In this document: one piece after another, positions 8,921-19,540 of the stretch | Layout: each line of letters begins with the position of its first letter | Position numbering within the stretch: the stretch's first letter is position 1 | Source: Deltaproteobacteria bacterium | GTDB taxonomy: Bacteria > Desulfobacterota > Desulfomonilia > UBA1062 | Direction of reading: 5' to 3' | NCBI GenBank assembly: GCA_015486075.1 | Contig: WFSG01000040.1 | Coordinates: forward strand, 4,647 to 68,646 | DNA: 64,000 nucleotides | Program-made: the position numbers and the translations under genes | Notes under the pieces: generated by a model | Databases searched by the model: none | Told to the model about the DNA's origin: nothing | The model's input: the letters and a program-made list of their open reading frames with translations, nothing else

Positions 8921-9967
8921 TCAAGGAAGATTGCAGCTCTTCACCAGGCGTAGTTTTGGCCCGCTTTCTTCTTTTTCCTTCTCACCCTCCAGCTTTGTAA
9001 GACCTGTCCATACTATTATCGCAGAATTTACTCCGCTTTGCTTGGCCACATGGGCCATAGAATTCATGAAGTCCTTGGTGAGAAGTTCTTTTCCCTTGAA
9101 TTTCCAGTCAATACCAAGCCTTTCGTACTTGTCAACACACATGTTGTTGAAAGAGCATAGTTCCCAGCGGCTCACAACATCTTCCAGATTACTTTTTATA
9201 AACCTGCCTATGCCCTCTATGTTCTCAGGGGTTGCCGTGGCATCCGGTATTATGGGTGTTCTTATCCACATCTCTGAAGGTCTATCATGGTCTTTCATGT
9301 ATTCCCGTACGTATAGTACGTTCTCTAGGATCCTGGCATTGGAATGGCCCGTAAATTCCTGGTGTTTCTTTTCATCTATCTCCTTTATGTCAAATAGTAC
9401 GAGGTCAGTATAGGGCAGCACCATATCAAGTGCCTGCTTAGAGCACATGCCACATGTATCCAATGTTGTATGGAGACCCTTTTCCTTTAGAGCCCTGAAG
9501 AAAGCTGCCACGAACGGCGCCTGTAAAGTGGGCTCACCACCGGAGGCAGTGATCCCACCGCCAGAGTTATCAAAATATGCACGGTCCTTTATCACCTCGT
9601 CCAGCAGATCATCAAGCTTCCATTCCTTGCCTATCATCTCCATTGCCGTCGAAGGACATTCCTCAGTGCATATACCACATGCATCGCAGAGCTCCCTATC
9701 TATAACCATGCCGTCCTTTGTTAGCGTAAGTGCCTGCCTAGGACAGACATTAACGCATGTCATGCAACCTATGCACCTGTTACCCATCCACTGTATCTGG
9801 GGCATGGGAGAAATGGTCTCAGGGTTATGGCACCAGGTGCACTTCAAGGAGCAACCTTTAAAAAACACAGTTGTCCTTATACCTGGCCCGTCTTCAGTGG
9901 ACATGCGCTGTATGTTTGCGACCAAAGCACTCGGTATTCCAGCACTCTTATCCTTTGCCTTTACCAT
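8921..9967 (-). CDS. glycyl-radical enzyme activating enzyme (radical SAM, with two extra ferredoxin-type 4Fe-4S motifs)
   Basis: DGPGIRTTVFFKGCSLKCTWCHNPE (CxxxCxxC), plus CIGCMTCVNVCP and CDACGICTEECP inserts typical of non-PFL GRE activases. It lies immediately downstream of the GRE. Confidence 0.85.
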   Translation of the reverse strand: MVKAKDKSAGIPSALVANIQRMSTEDGPGIRTTVFFKGCSLKCTWCHNPETISPMPQIQWMGNRCIGCMTCVNVCPRQALTLTKDGMVIDRELCDACGICTEECPSTAMEMIGKEWKLDDLLDEVIKDRAYFDNSGGGITASGGEPTLQAPFVAAFFRALKEKGLHTTLDTCGMCSKQALDMVLPYTDLVLFDIKEIDEKKHQEFTGHSNARILENVLYVREYMKDHDRPSEMWIRTPIIPDATATPENIEGIGRFIKSNLEDVVSRWELCSFNNMCVDKYERLGIDWKFKGKELLTKDFMNSMAHVAKQSGVNSAIIVWTGLTKLEGEKEKEESGPKLRLVKSCNLP

Positions 9968-9980
9968 CTACAGATCTCCT

Positions 9981-12503
9981 TTAAAACTTGCTGTGACTTT
10001 CCCTGGCGATTATCTCGTCCTGGAGTTCGCGGCCTATACTTGTGAAGTATGCGTTGTAACCCGTTACCCTAACGAGGAGATTCCTGTAATTCTGGGGGTG
10101 TTCCTGTGCCTCCTTTAACATGCCTGCATCAACCATGTTTATCTGCAGAGATGAGCCACCGTTCTCAGCATATCCTCTCAGGAAGGCCTTAAATTTCTCC
10201 TTGTGATCCGGATCCCTTATAAGGGATGGGTTGAAGGTAATAGTGTGGCTTGCACCGTTGGGAAGGTTACTCAGGTATTCATTCCAGTCACCCTTGCCAT
10301 CCATGACCTTTCCACCAAGTGCCTTACCTACCGAGTTTGCATTGGCCGTGGGTCCATTTATGTCTGCCCCGTTGGATGGGCATATGGCATTGGATAAAAA
10401 CTCGCCTTTTCTCCTTCCATCTGGACTTGCAGGGAGTATAAAGCTATCTGCTATCCAGTAGTTCCAGCTTAGCATGCCTGGCCTGAACTGCCTGTTATTG
10501 CAGTGCGTCTTGTACTTCCATACCTCTCCTGACCACAGGTCCATTACCTTTGTTGCCATCTCGTCTGCCTCGTCGTCATCCCTTCCGTACTTAGGTGCCC
10601 TGTTCTTTGCCTTGGCCTGAAGTACCTCGTGGCCTTCCCAGTTATCTTTAAGTGCATTGATAAGTTCAGCCATGGTGCACTCTTTCTTGTCAAACACCAG
10701 GTACTTTATGGCAAGGAGAGAATCCACTGTGCTTGCAAATGTTACACCCTCAACCGTGGTAAAGAAGAGCTCCGGGCCTCCGCGAGTTACGTCAAGCGCC
10801 TTTTCAGCACAGCCCTTAACAAGGCAGGAAAGATAGGGAGTAGGCGAAAACTTTGTCCTTGCGGCTTCTGATGCCTCAAACAAATCCACGCATTTCTTTA
10901 CTATATATCTAGTTTGTTCCACGTAAGCATCCCAGAATTCTTCCCATGACCTGAACTTAGTTGCATCACCCGTGTCCGGACCATCCTGCCTTATACGATC
11001 CTTTTTACCAGTTATAGGATCAACAAAGGCCACCAGATCCTTGCCACCTGTCAGCGCAAGTTCAACTGCCTTCAGGAGGTTAAGATTGTTATCAACCGTG
11101 CCTGAGCGGTCATTACCTACCATGGTGTTCTCAAGGCAACCAACAGAGGCGTAGTCGTAAACATTATCCTCGTTTATGAGATCCTCTTTACCTGCCATCC
11201 TTGCCTCGCGTAGCATACCTGCCATAGAGCGCTCATCAAAATTCAATAGGAAAGGTGATCCCTGGCTGGTTGATATCATATCAACAACCTTGTCCAAGAG
11301 TTCGTCGGGACTGTTCCTGTGCAGACGTATATTCGGCTTTGGCTCAAGTATGGGAGAGAGCTCGTCTATTACTTCCAGCATTGCAAACGTAAGCTCATTG
11401 GTCATGTCCTTACCGCCTCTACCCAAGCCGGAAAGGCTTATAAGCTGGCCGTAGCCAGACGTGATTCCCTGGTTACCCCCGAGCTTCATCATGGCATCGT
11501 AGGCGGTATTGGCGTGTATCCAGAAACACTTGAGTATCTCCTTACCGAACTCCCTTGTCATGCCATGCTCTATCGAGTGCCTCCAGTAGGGGAGCAAATA
11601 CTGGTCTATTCTACCAAAGGACACGCCAGGTCCAGGATAGTTCTCGTCGCTCATTATAAGCATGTGGTTGAGCCACAGTGCCTGGACCGCCTCCCAGAAT
11701 GTCTCGGCAGGCTCCCATGGAACTTTATCCAGGTTCTTGGCCATTTGTATGAGTTCTTGCTTTCTTTGTTGATCTGTCTCCTTTTCACTGAGCTCCCTGC
11801 ACAGGTCAGCATACTTCTTTGCAAGGTCCCTTGGCATGGTAGCTGCTGTCATCATTGCCCTTAGCTGCTCACCCTTAGGGCCTCTTTTCTCCTCTTCTGT
11901 CAGATTCTCGTATCTCTCCTTAAGGTCAGCGTATATACCCTTGAATCCTATTTTCAGTGCATTTTCGTGGTCTGGTATAATATGGCCTGAAGTGGCACCT
12001 GCATTTCCGTATCCATGGTTATGAAACCACATCAGCTTTGCTCGGGCACCCTGTTTACCATCATATATCATCCTGTCTCGTTCCTTTGCCTCCTGCTCTG
12101 TCCAGCACCTTGATGCCAAGATGTTAAAGCGTGCACCTGCTATGAGATCACCTGGGAGTATCTCCTGCGGCACGTAGTTAACCATGACCTCTTTTATGAA
12201 CCAGGCCCTTCTCTCAGGAAGACTCCACTTCCAAAAATCTTCGTGGAGCTTTACCGGCCTTGCTGCCTGGTATGAAGACGACCTGAATGTCTGAAAAAAG
12301 GTATATGTCTCGGGAACCACGTACCAGCCAATCTCATCAAATAGTACATCCCAAGGTGTGCCTGTTGTCCACGTGGTGAATTCATTGTTCCACTCGCGCT
12401 CAACACCCTTGAAGTAATAATCCCTGAGCCACTTGATCCTCTCGGATAAAGGTCCTGGCTCCTTTAACTTATACATAGGTCTCTTGGCCGTGCTCGTATC
12501 CAT
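9981..12503 (-). CDS. glycyl radical enzyme, PFL2/glycerol-dehydratase-like family, substrate unknown
   Basis: 840 aa. C-terminal glycine-radical motif LLVRVTGYNAYFT; catalytic cysteine region YASVGCLENTM; N-terminal ...ERIKWLRDYY... typical of the DhaB1/CutC/HypD-class of GREs. Confidence 0.85.
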   Translation of the reverse strand: MDTSTAKRPMYKLKEPGPLSERIKWLRDYYFKGVEREWNNEFTTWTTGTPWDVLFDEIGWYVVPETYTFFQTFRSSSYQAARPVKLHEDFWKWSLPERRAWFIKEVMVNYVPQEILPGDLIAGARFNILASRCWTEQEAKERDRMIYDGKQGARAKLMWFHNHGYGNAGATSGHIIPDHENALKIGFKGIYADLKERYENLTEEEKRGPKGEQLRAMMTAATMPRDLAKKYADLCRELSEKETDQQRKQELIQMAKNLDKVPWEPAETFWEAVQALWLNHMLIMSDENYPGPGVSFGRIDQYLLPYWRHSIEHGMTREFGKEILKCFWIHANTAYDAMMKLGGNQGITSGYGQLISLSGLGRGGKDMTNELTFAMLEVIDELSPILEPKPNIRLHRNSPDELLDKVVDMISTSQGSPFLLNFDERSMAGMLREARMAGKEDLINEDNVYDYASVGCLENTMVGNDRSGTVDNNLNLLKAVELALTGGKDLVAFVDPITGKKDRIRQDGPDTGDATKFRSWEEFWDAYVEQTRYIVKKCVDLFEASEAARTKFSPTPYLSCLVKGCAEKALDVTRGGPELFFTTVEGVTFASTVDSLLAIKYLVFDKKECTMAELINALKDNWEGHEVLQAKAKNRAPKYGRDDDEADEMATKVMDLWSGEVWKYKTHCNNRQFRPGMLSWNYWIADSFILPASPDGRRKGEFLSNAICPSNGADINGPTANANSVGKALGGKVMDGKGDWNEYLSNLPNGASHTITFNPSLIRDPDHKEKFKAFLRGYAENGGSSLQINMVDAGMLKEAQEHPQNYRNLLVRVTGYNAYFTSIGRELQDEIIARESHSKF

Positions 12504-12538
12504 AACCCACCTCCCCTTTTGTTTCTACTTGTATTTTT

Positions 12539-13300
12539 CTAAGGCAAGGCTCGGCCTTGTTCGTGTTGGCCAGCCTTCTGTATCGCCTTCTTTAGATACC
12601 TTCTACCATGCTCGAGAAGTTCCTCCATTATGCCAAGTGCCCCGGGCGTATCCTTACATGCTATGGCCAAGACAATGTCTCTGTGATACCCGAATACCCG
12701 GGGTATAACAGATGAATCCTGAAAGAAGCGCCCGGATAGATTCGTGTACACGGGCTTGAAGGACCTAATAAGAAAAGGATAAACTATATTTCCTGAGGCA
12801 AGTGCGATCAGGTGATGAAACTCAAAGTCTATCTCTGTAACTGAATCCACGTCTGTTTTATCAAGCTCCTTTTCTCTCTCTATGATATCATTTAACGAGA
12901 CCATATCTTTTTTTGTCCGGTTCTGGGTAGCAAGCCTCAGCGTCTCCATCTCTACCAGGTACCTCATGTCCAAGAGACTGTCTAAAAGACCGGGCTCGAG
13001 GTCTCCCCTGTAATAATTAACAAGGGAATTGAGTAGCACGAGGGATCCCTCCATCCTGTAATCATTTACCACTGTACCTACCCTGGGCTTCATGGTGACA
13101 AGTCCCTTTGATGCAAGCTCCAACAGACCCTCGTGCACCACTGGCCTGCTCACCCCGAGTTGCAATGCAAGCTCCCTCTCTGATGGCAGCTTTTGACCTA
13201 TCGAGAGCTTCCCAGATAGTATGAGCTCTTCAAAACGTGTTACAAAGACGTCCTTTAGACTCGACCTCTCAATCGGCCTTAACATGTCTTTCATATGCAT
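12539..13300 (-). CDS. GntR-family transcriptional regulator (FadR-like, wHTH + FCD domain)
   Basis: N-terminal GntR HTH (LPSERELALQLGVSRPVVHEGLLELASKGLV) and a C-terminal FCD-like helical domain. It is the first gene of the minus-strand gntR-GRE-AE block. Confidence 0.8.
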   Translation of the reverse strand: MHMKDMLRPIERSSLKDVFVTRFEELILSGKLSIGQKLPSERELALQLGVSRPVVHEGLLELASKGLVTMKPRVGTVVNDYRMEGSLVLLNSLVNYYRGDLEPGLLDSLLDMRYLVEMETLRLATQNRTKKDMVSLNDIIEREKELDKTDVDSVTEIDFEFHHLIALASGNIVYPFLIRSFKPVYTNLSGRFFQDSSVIPRVFGYHRDIVLAIACKDTPGALGIMEELLEHGRRYLKKAIQKAGQHEQGRALP

Positions 13301-13305
13301 CTCCT

Positions 13306-13334
13306 ACTGGCTGGTGGTATTACCACCAGCCAGT
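13306..13334. promoter_or_regulatory. 29-bp near-perfect palindrome with a TGGT-N3-ACCA core; candidate GntR operator
   Basis: ACTGGCTGGTGGTA-T-TACCACCAGCCAGT is read directly at 13306-13334, 6 nt upstream of the gntR ATG and overlapping its RBS. The core TGGTATTACCA matches the GntR/FadR-type consensus (GT-Nx-AC). Confidence 0.5.
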
Positions 13335-13556
13335 ATGCACAATCAGAATTATTATTGCAAGCAAAAAATTGTGATGAGCCTATAAAAACATTAACGCTTG
13401 GCAGTCTTTATGTGCTATAAATAGTCACACTTACTAACATCAGGAAGACTAGTTGACCAGAATACCGTTCACACCATTAGAAAGAAAGATAGTGGGTCAG
13501 CTTCTGTTGCTACAATGTAATTTATCAAACGCACATTCATGCCTGAGGAATATTAT

Positions 13557-16325
13557 ATGAAGCGTAAAAAGAGCATGGCAGGCACGTTCACCTGGATTAT
13601 GTTCATCATGACCCTGGTTCCGGTTGCTATATTCGGTATCGCCTCGATAAGTGTGGAGTATCTCATGGGAGAACGTGAATGTCATGCACTGAGAGAGAGG
13701 TACATAGACTATCAGGAATCTATTGTCAAAAAAGAAGTTCAAGAGGCGGTAAAATACATAGAGTGGCGCAGGGCAAATTCAAGGATACCTCAAGAAGATC
13801 TCAAGAAAGAGATACTAAGATGGCTTTCCATGAAAAGGTACCGATCCCTTGGTAAAGAGGATGGCATCTTCTTTGTAAGAAATTTTGACGGTATACAGCT
13901 GATGAGTGTAAGCAAGCCAGAGATTGTTGGAAAGGACACGTCCAAGCTCACCGATCCTCACGGTATAAACACGCATAGACTTTTCATGGAGGTGATAAAA
14001 AATCCAGACGGTGGTTTTGCCGACTATTCCTGGTACGACCCGTACGAGAAAAGGATTACCCCTAAAAGGACCTTTGTTATGGCTGTTCCCGAGTGGAGAT
14101 GGTACATAGGCTCGGGATTTTGGTTTAACGACATCAATTCTGTTATCAACAAAGAAAAAAGCCGTATAGCACACACCCTAAGTATACAGGCCCTTGCAGC
14201 AATGGGGATAATACTTTTACTTGTGCCCTTTATATATGCGTTGTCCCGCTACATGGCAAAAAGCATTGACAAGAGCATGGCGAGCTTTACAGGCTTCTTC
14301 GATAGGGCCGCGACAGAGCTCACCCGTATTGACGAAAAAGCCATGGATTTCAGAGAGTTTGAGAGGCTGGCAACAAGTGCAAACCGTATGATAAAAGAAC
14401 TAAAGGTTGCCAGGCAGGGGATGGAAGACCTGCAAAGGATAGTAGACCTTAGTCCAATGGTGGCATTTCTGTGCCGTGCAGAGCAGGGATGGCCTGTAGA
14501 GCTTGTATCTAGGAACATCTCCAGCTTTGGGTACAGTCCTGAAGATTTTTATACCGGTAAACTCAACTACGCATCAATCATTCACCCTGACGATCTGGAC
14601 CGTGTCAATGACGAGGTCTCAAGGTTCAGCTCAGAAAAAGGCCGAAAGAGTTTCAGCCACGAATACAGGATACTTACTTCGTCAGGTGAGACACGCTGGG
14701 TGGATGATAGGACGCGTATAAGGAGAGATGCCACTGGCAAGGTTACCCATTACCAGGGCATAATACTGGACGTAACAGAGAGCAGGACAGCACAGCAAAG
14801 GCTGGTGGAAAGCGAGGAAAGGTACCGTACAGTGGTAGAAAACACGCACGATGGCTTGCTCATTGCAGATAATGAGTACCATATAACCTTTGCTAACAAA
14901 CAGCTCCTGAAAATCCTCGGCCGTACCGAAGAAGAGGTAATCGGCCATGACTTCAGGGACTTCTTGGACGAAGAAAGTGTTGGTATAGTTGCAGACCACT
15001 ACATGAGAAGGCAGATGGGTGAGAAAGTAGAGCCAAGGTACGAGTTCAATGTTGAAAGGAAAGATGGAGAGAGAAGGCGGGTCGAGATAAGCTCATCCAT
15101 TGTCCGGGATACGCAGGGTCATATTACGACCGTTGCCCAGCTAATAGACATAACTGACAAAAAACGGCTGGAGGAACAGCTGTTACTGGCACAGAAGATG
15201 GAGGCCGTTGGTACACTTGCAGGCGGTATTGCCCACGATTTTAACAACCTGCTTATGGGTATACTGGGCAATACCTCGCTCATGCTCATGGACATGGATC
15301 CCGACGATCCCCGTTACCAGAGGCTTAAGAACATCGAGCAGGCTGTGCACAGCGGGGCAGAGCTCACCAAGCAGCTCCTTGGCTATGCGAGAGGCGGAAA
15401 GTACGAGGTGAAATCAGCCGATCCTAACGATCTTGTAAAGGGCGCCCTTAACATGTTCGGCAGGACAAAGAAAGAGATAAGCATACATACCATGCTCCAA
15501 GAAGACGTGTGGAATATCGAGGTTGACAAATCGCAGATTGAACAGGTGTTGTTAAATATCTGTGTGAATGCCTGGCAGGCCATGCCAGAGGGCGGCGACC
15601 TCTACATACAGACACAAAACACGGTACTCGACGAGAACTACACCCGGGCCTACAACACGCAAGCAGGTAGATACGTGAAGATATCCTTTACCGATACAGG
15701 CCATGGCATGGATGACGAGACAAGAAAAAGGATCTTCGAACCCTTCTTCACCACAAAGCCAAAGGGGACAGGTACTGGCCTTGGCTTGGCCTCTGCTTAT
15801 GGGATTGTAAAGAATCATGGGGGCATTATAAACGTGTACAGCGAAAAAGGTAAGGGCTCTACATTCAACATATACCTACCTGCCTCGCAAAAGAAGGCAG
15901 TCAAGGAAAGGCTTATTGGAGATGCTATCACGACCATGGGATCAGCTACAATACTCATGGTAGACGACGAGGAGATGATACTAAAGGTTGGTTCTGATCT
16001 ACTCGCCAAGCTCGGCTACAAGGTACTTACAGCAACCAGCGGAGAGCAGGCAATAAACATATACAAGGGCAGGATGAACGAAATAGACCTGGTTATACTG
16101 GACATGATCATGCCCGGAATGAGCGGGCGGGATACATACAAGCGCCTCAAGAAGTTAAATGAAAATGTCAAGGTGCTACTTTCCAGCGGATATAGCGTAA
16201 ACGGCGAGGCAGAGGAATTATTGAGACTCGGCTGCAATGGTTTTATCCAGAAACCCTTCAGTGTAAGGGAGTTGCATGCAAAGACAAGCGAGCTAATAAA
16301 GGGAAAGAAAACCACCAAACCTTAG
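13557..16325 (+). CDS. hybrid sensor histidine kinase / response regulator with periplasmic sensor and PAS domains
   Basis: N-terminal TM segment, a Cache-like extracytoplasmic region and a second TM. Two PAS segments (...HPDDLDRV..., ...[19 protein letters not shown]...). HisKA H-box [13 protein letters not shown]; HATPase N/G boxes ([24 protein letters not shown]). A C-terminal REC domain ([10 protein letters not shown]...[14 protein letters not shown]). The alternative ATG at 13539 lacks an RBS. Confidence 0.85.
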   Translation: MKRKKSMAGTFTWIMFIMTLVPVAIFGIASISVEYLMGERECHALRERYIDYQESIVKKEVQEAVKYIEWRRANSRIPQEDLKKEILRWLSMKRYRSLGKEDGIFFVRNFDGIQLMSVSKPEIVGKDTSKLTDPHGINTHRLFMEVIKNPDGGFADYSWYDPYEKRITPKRTFVMAVPEWRWYIGSGFWFNDINSVINKEKSRIAHTLSIQALAAMGIILLLVPFIYALSRYMAKSIDKSMASFTGFFDRAATELTRIDEKAMDFREFERLATSANRMIKELKVARQGMEDLQRIVDLSPMVAFLCRAEQGWPVELVSRNISSFGYSPEDFYTGKLNYASIIHPDDLDRVNDEVSRFSSEKGRKSFSHEYRILTSSGETRWVDDRTRIRRDATGKVTHYQGIILDVTESRTAQQRLVESEERYRTVVENTHDGLLIADNEYHITFANKQLLKILGRTEEEVIGHDFRDFLDEESVGIVADHYMRRQMGEKVEPRYEFNVERKDGERRRVEISSSIVRDTQGHITTVAQLIDITDKKRLEEQLLLAQKMEAVGTLAGGIAHDFNNLLMGILGNTSLMLMDMDPDDPRYQRLKNIEQAVHSGAELTKQLLGYARGGKYEVKSADPNDLVKGALNMFGRTKKEISIHTMLQEDVWNIEVDKSQIEQVLLNICVNAWQAMPEGGDLYIQTQNTVLDENYTRAYNTQAGRYVKISFTDTGHGMDDETRKRIFEPFFTTKPKGTGTGLGLASAYGIVKNHGGIINVYSEKGKGSTFNIYLPASQKKAVKERLIGDAITTMGSATILMVDDEEMILKVGSDLLAKLGYKVLTATSGEQAINIYKGRMNEIDLVILDMIMPGMSGRDTYKRLKKLNENVKVLLSSGYSVNGEAEELLRLGCNGFIQKPFSVRELHAKTSELIKGKKTTKP

Positions 16326-16608
16326 CACACATGAGAGATGCATAGTAACAACCATGATATTGCCTCTATCCTGCCCAATCATCCCACCATCTACCAGTCA
16401 TATTTACCATTTATAAGTCAAAGTTTTGACTAAGAATACCCATATCTTGGTCTAATGTATTGATATCACTAGTCCTTCATTCAGGCACGCATATTGCTGT
16501 TTCCTGCAAGTAGGATAGTTGATTGGCATGTACTACATTAACCATTGCTGCTTTTAGCTTAGGGGTAAACATTTCACCCCAATGGGCGGAGCCTAATCTG
16601 TTATCAAT

Positions 16609-17580
16609 ATGCTAGATAATAAAACAGGAAGGATATTTTACATATGCCCTGACTTTGCACCACCATCAGGCGGTGTAAAGAGATTATACACGCATGTCCA
16701 GATACTAAGGGATAACGGTTATGAGGCGTATATAGTGCATTTTAACAAGGGCTTCAGGCCGAACTGGTTCGAGCACTCGGTTCCCATTATATATTTCTCT
16801 GATAACCCGAGCTTTTCTTCAACCGATGTCCTGGTAATCCCCGAGGTGTTCCCCGGATTGATGAAGACACTCAAGGATGTACCCAAAAAGGTAGTAATAG
16901 CGCTAAATCCCCATTCCATATTTCAGAACATGGACACGGGTGAAAACTGGAAAGACTACGGTGTCAGCTGGGTCATGACAAATTCCAGCACCATAAAAAG
17001 GTTTATAGAATGGAGCATGGGCATTGAGAACGTGCTTTTAATAGACACGGCCATTGACCGCCGCATGTTCTACTATTCTCCCGGGTTAAAGGAACTGAGG
17101 GTATCCTACATAAAGAGAAAGGATTCACTCTCTCCAGTTGTTGTGAAGATACTGAGTTCAAGAAAAGATGGTATGCCTCCCGTGGAATACATTAAGATAG
17201 AGAACCTAAGAGTCGAGGACTATGCAGCAATTCTCAGGCAGTCCGAGATATACCTTACCACATCAAGCTTTGAGGGATTCCCCAGGGCCATCATGGAGGC
17301 CATGGCATGTGGATGTATATGTATTGGCTCGGATGGCATATGCGGCAAAGACTATATCATTCCCTCAGGCGACACACAGAACTTCATAAAGGTGGAGTCC
17401 ATGAATTTCATTGAACTCGCAGAACGCATGGAGGAGCTGATCAAGAGAATAGCTAGAAAAGACCCTCTTGTGGAAAGAATCAGGAAAAACGCCATTATTA
17501 CTTCATCAAGGTTCACCGAAGAGGCCGAGAAAGAAAGCGTGCTCAGGTTCTGGAAAACATACTTTGAAGCCATTCAATAA
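16609..17580 (+). CDS. glycosyltransferase (GT4-like retaining fold)
   Basis: C-terminal EX7E-type region SSFEGFPRAIMEAMACGCICIGSDG; 323 aa; first gene of the glycan operon. Confidence 0.65.
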   Translation: MLDNKTGRIFYICPDFAPPSGGVKRLYTHVQILRDNGYEAYIVHFNKGFRPNWFEHSVPIIYFSDNPSFSSTDVLVIPEVFPGLMKTLKDVPKKVVIALNPHSIFQNMDTGENWKDYGVSWVMTNSSTIKRFIEWSMGIENVLLIDTAIDRRMFYYSPGLKELRVSYIKRKDSLSPVVVKILSSRKDGMPPVEYIKIENLRVEDYAAILRQSEIYLTTSSFEGFPRAIMEAMACGCICIGSDGICGKDYIIPSGDTQNFIKVESMNFIELAERMEELIKRIARKDPLVERIRKNAIITSSRFTEEAEKESVLRFWKTYFEAIQ

Positions 17581-17590
17581 GGAGGAAAAA

Positions 17591-18373
17591 ATGAAGGTAG
17601 TGATCCTTTGCGGCGGCATGGGAACAAGGCTCAAGGAAGAGACAAACTACCGTCCCAAGCCAATGGTAAACATAGGAAGCCGCCCTATCCTCTGGCACAT
17701 AATGAAGATATACGCCCATTATGGATTTAAACAATTTGTACTAAGCCTGGGATACAAGGGGGAAATGATCAAGGAATTCTTCTATAACTACGATCTCTTA
17801 AACAATGATGCAACCCTCAAGCTAGGCCATCCCGAAGAGACGCACATTCACCGAAACCAGGACAACGAAGACGGCTGGGAGATAACACTGGCCGACACAG
17901 GAGAAAAGGCGTTAAAAGGTGCCCGCCTGAAAAGGATTGAGAAATACATTGATGATGTTGAATTCATGGCGACCTATGGGGACGGCGTTGCAAACATCGA
18001 TATAAGAAGCCTCTTATCGTTCCACCACAGCCACGGCAAGCTAGCCACTGTCACGGGTATCAACCCGGCTTCACGTTTTGGAGAGCTGAAGATAAGTGGC
18101 GACAAGGTGGAATCTTTCAACGAAAAACCCAATAACGGTTCGGGCCTGATAAACGGCGGTTTCTTTGTCTTTAACAGGGCCATATTCAACTACCTCTATG
18201 ATGGGGATGACTGCGATCTCGAAGTCGGTGCCCTGGAACAGATTGCACGTGAGGGCCAGCTAATGGTCTATAAACACAGGGGATTCTGGGCTTGCATGGA
18301 TACAATAAGGGATATGGACTATCTGAATAAACTCTGGGCTGAAGGCAAGGCCCTATGGAAGGTATGGGATTAG
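17591..18373 (+). CDS. rfbF: glucose-1-phosphate cytidylyltransferase
   Basis: N-terminal MKVVILCGGMGTRL nucleotidyltransferase motif with CDP-glucose pyrophosphorylase-type architecture. The start was trimmed to the ATG at 17591, which is preceded by GGAGGAAAAA. Confidence 0.85.
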   Translation: MKVVILCGGMGTRLKEETNYRPKPMVNIGSRPILWHIMKIYAHYGFKQFVLSLGYKGEMIKEFFYNYDLLNNDATLKLGHPEETHIHRNQDNEDGWEITLADTGEKALKGARLKRIEKYIDDVEFMATYGDGVANIDIRSLLSFHHSHGKLATVTGINPASRFGELKISGDKVESFNEKPNNGSGLINGGFFVFNRAIFNYLYDGDDCDLEVGALEQIAREGQLMVYKHRGFWACMDTIRDMDYLNKLWAEGKALWKVWD

Positions 18374-18442
18374 CTTAGACTCTAGTTATAACCTGGGTAT
18401 GACATCCTAATCTAGAAATCTAGAATCAAATTAATAGCAGAT

Positions 18443-19540
18443 ATGTTCGGCAATATTTACAGAGGCAAGAGAGTACTCGTCACAGGTGATACCGGGTTCA
18501 AGGGGTCATGGCTTGCCCTCTGGCTTCTAGACCAGGGGGCAGATATTGTGGGTTATTCAAAAGACATCCCAACACATCCTTCCCATCACCATATTCTAGC
18601 CCTAGATTACGAGACAGTCTCGGGTGATATATGTGACCTAGAGAAACTCCAAAAGGTTATCAAATCTTTTAACCCGGACATTGTATTCCATCTGGCGGCC
18701 CAATCCATAGTTCGGAAATCCTACATAAGGCCCGTAGAGACGTTTGAAACCAATGTCATTGGTACTGTTAATGTCCTTGAGGCCTGTAGGGATACAGAAT
18801 CTGTAAGGGCTATTGTGAACGTCACGAGCGATAAATGTTACGAAAACAGGGAGTGGCCCTGGGGTTACAGGGAAAACGACAGGCTAGGTGGACATGATCC
18901 ATACAGCGCATCAAAAGGGTGCGCTGAGTTGGTAACAACATGCTTTCAAAAGTCGTTCTTTCCCCTTGAAGAGTACCAGAAAAGCCACCAGACACTTGTT
19001 GCAAGCGTTAGGGCCGGGAATGTTATAGGAGGCGGAGACTGGGCTGAAGACCGGCTTGTCCCGGATATCATGCGTGCCGCTAGCCAGAATAAAAGGGTTC
19101 AAATTCGCAACCCCCATGCAGTAAGACCATGGCAACATGTCCTTGAGCCCCTATCAGGATATCTGCTCCTAGGACAACTACTGCTCGAAGGAAACAAAGA
19201 GTTTTCCGGGGCATGGAATTTCGGTCCAATCGATTACGGGCATAGAGAGGTGCTTTCAGTTATCAGAGAGTTACAAGAACATTGGCCAGATATAGATTAC
19301 AATATAAAGGCAGATGAAGAAGATCTGCACGAAGCAAACCTATTAAAACTTGACTGCTCAAAGGCATATACAAGGCTAAAATGGAAACCGGTGTGGGATA
19401 GCTCCACAACATTTGCCAAGACCGCACAATGGTACAGGGCATACTATGAATCGGGGCTTGTTTTGAGCGAGGAACAATTGGCAGAGTATATAACTGAAGC
19501 CAAGCAGAGACAGGTATCGTGGTCTTCCGATGAGGGTTAA
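18443..19540 (+). CDS. rfbG: CDP-glucose 4,6-dehydratase
   Basis: Extended SDR: VLVTGDTGFKGSWL; catalytic YSASK; 365 aa. Typical RfbG length, located next to rfbF. Confidence 0.85.
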   Translation: MFGNIYRGKRVLVTGDTGFKGSWLALWLLDQGADIVGYSKDIPTHPSHHHILALDYETVSGDICDLEKLQKVIKSFNPDIVFHLAAQSIVRKSYIRPVETFETNVIGTVNVLEACRDTESVRAIVNVTSDKCYENREWPWGYRENDRLGGHDPYSASKGCAELVTTCFQKSFFPLEEYQKSHQTLVASVRAGNVIGGGDWAEDRLVPDIMRAASQNKRVQIRNPHAVRPWQHVLEPLSGYLLLGQLLLEGNKEFSGAWNFGPIDYGHREVLSVIRELQEHWPDIDYNIKADEEDLHEANLLKLDCSKAYTRLKWKPVWDSSTTFAKTAQWYRAYYESGLVLSEEQLAEYITEAKQRQVSWSSDEG

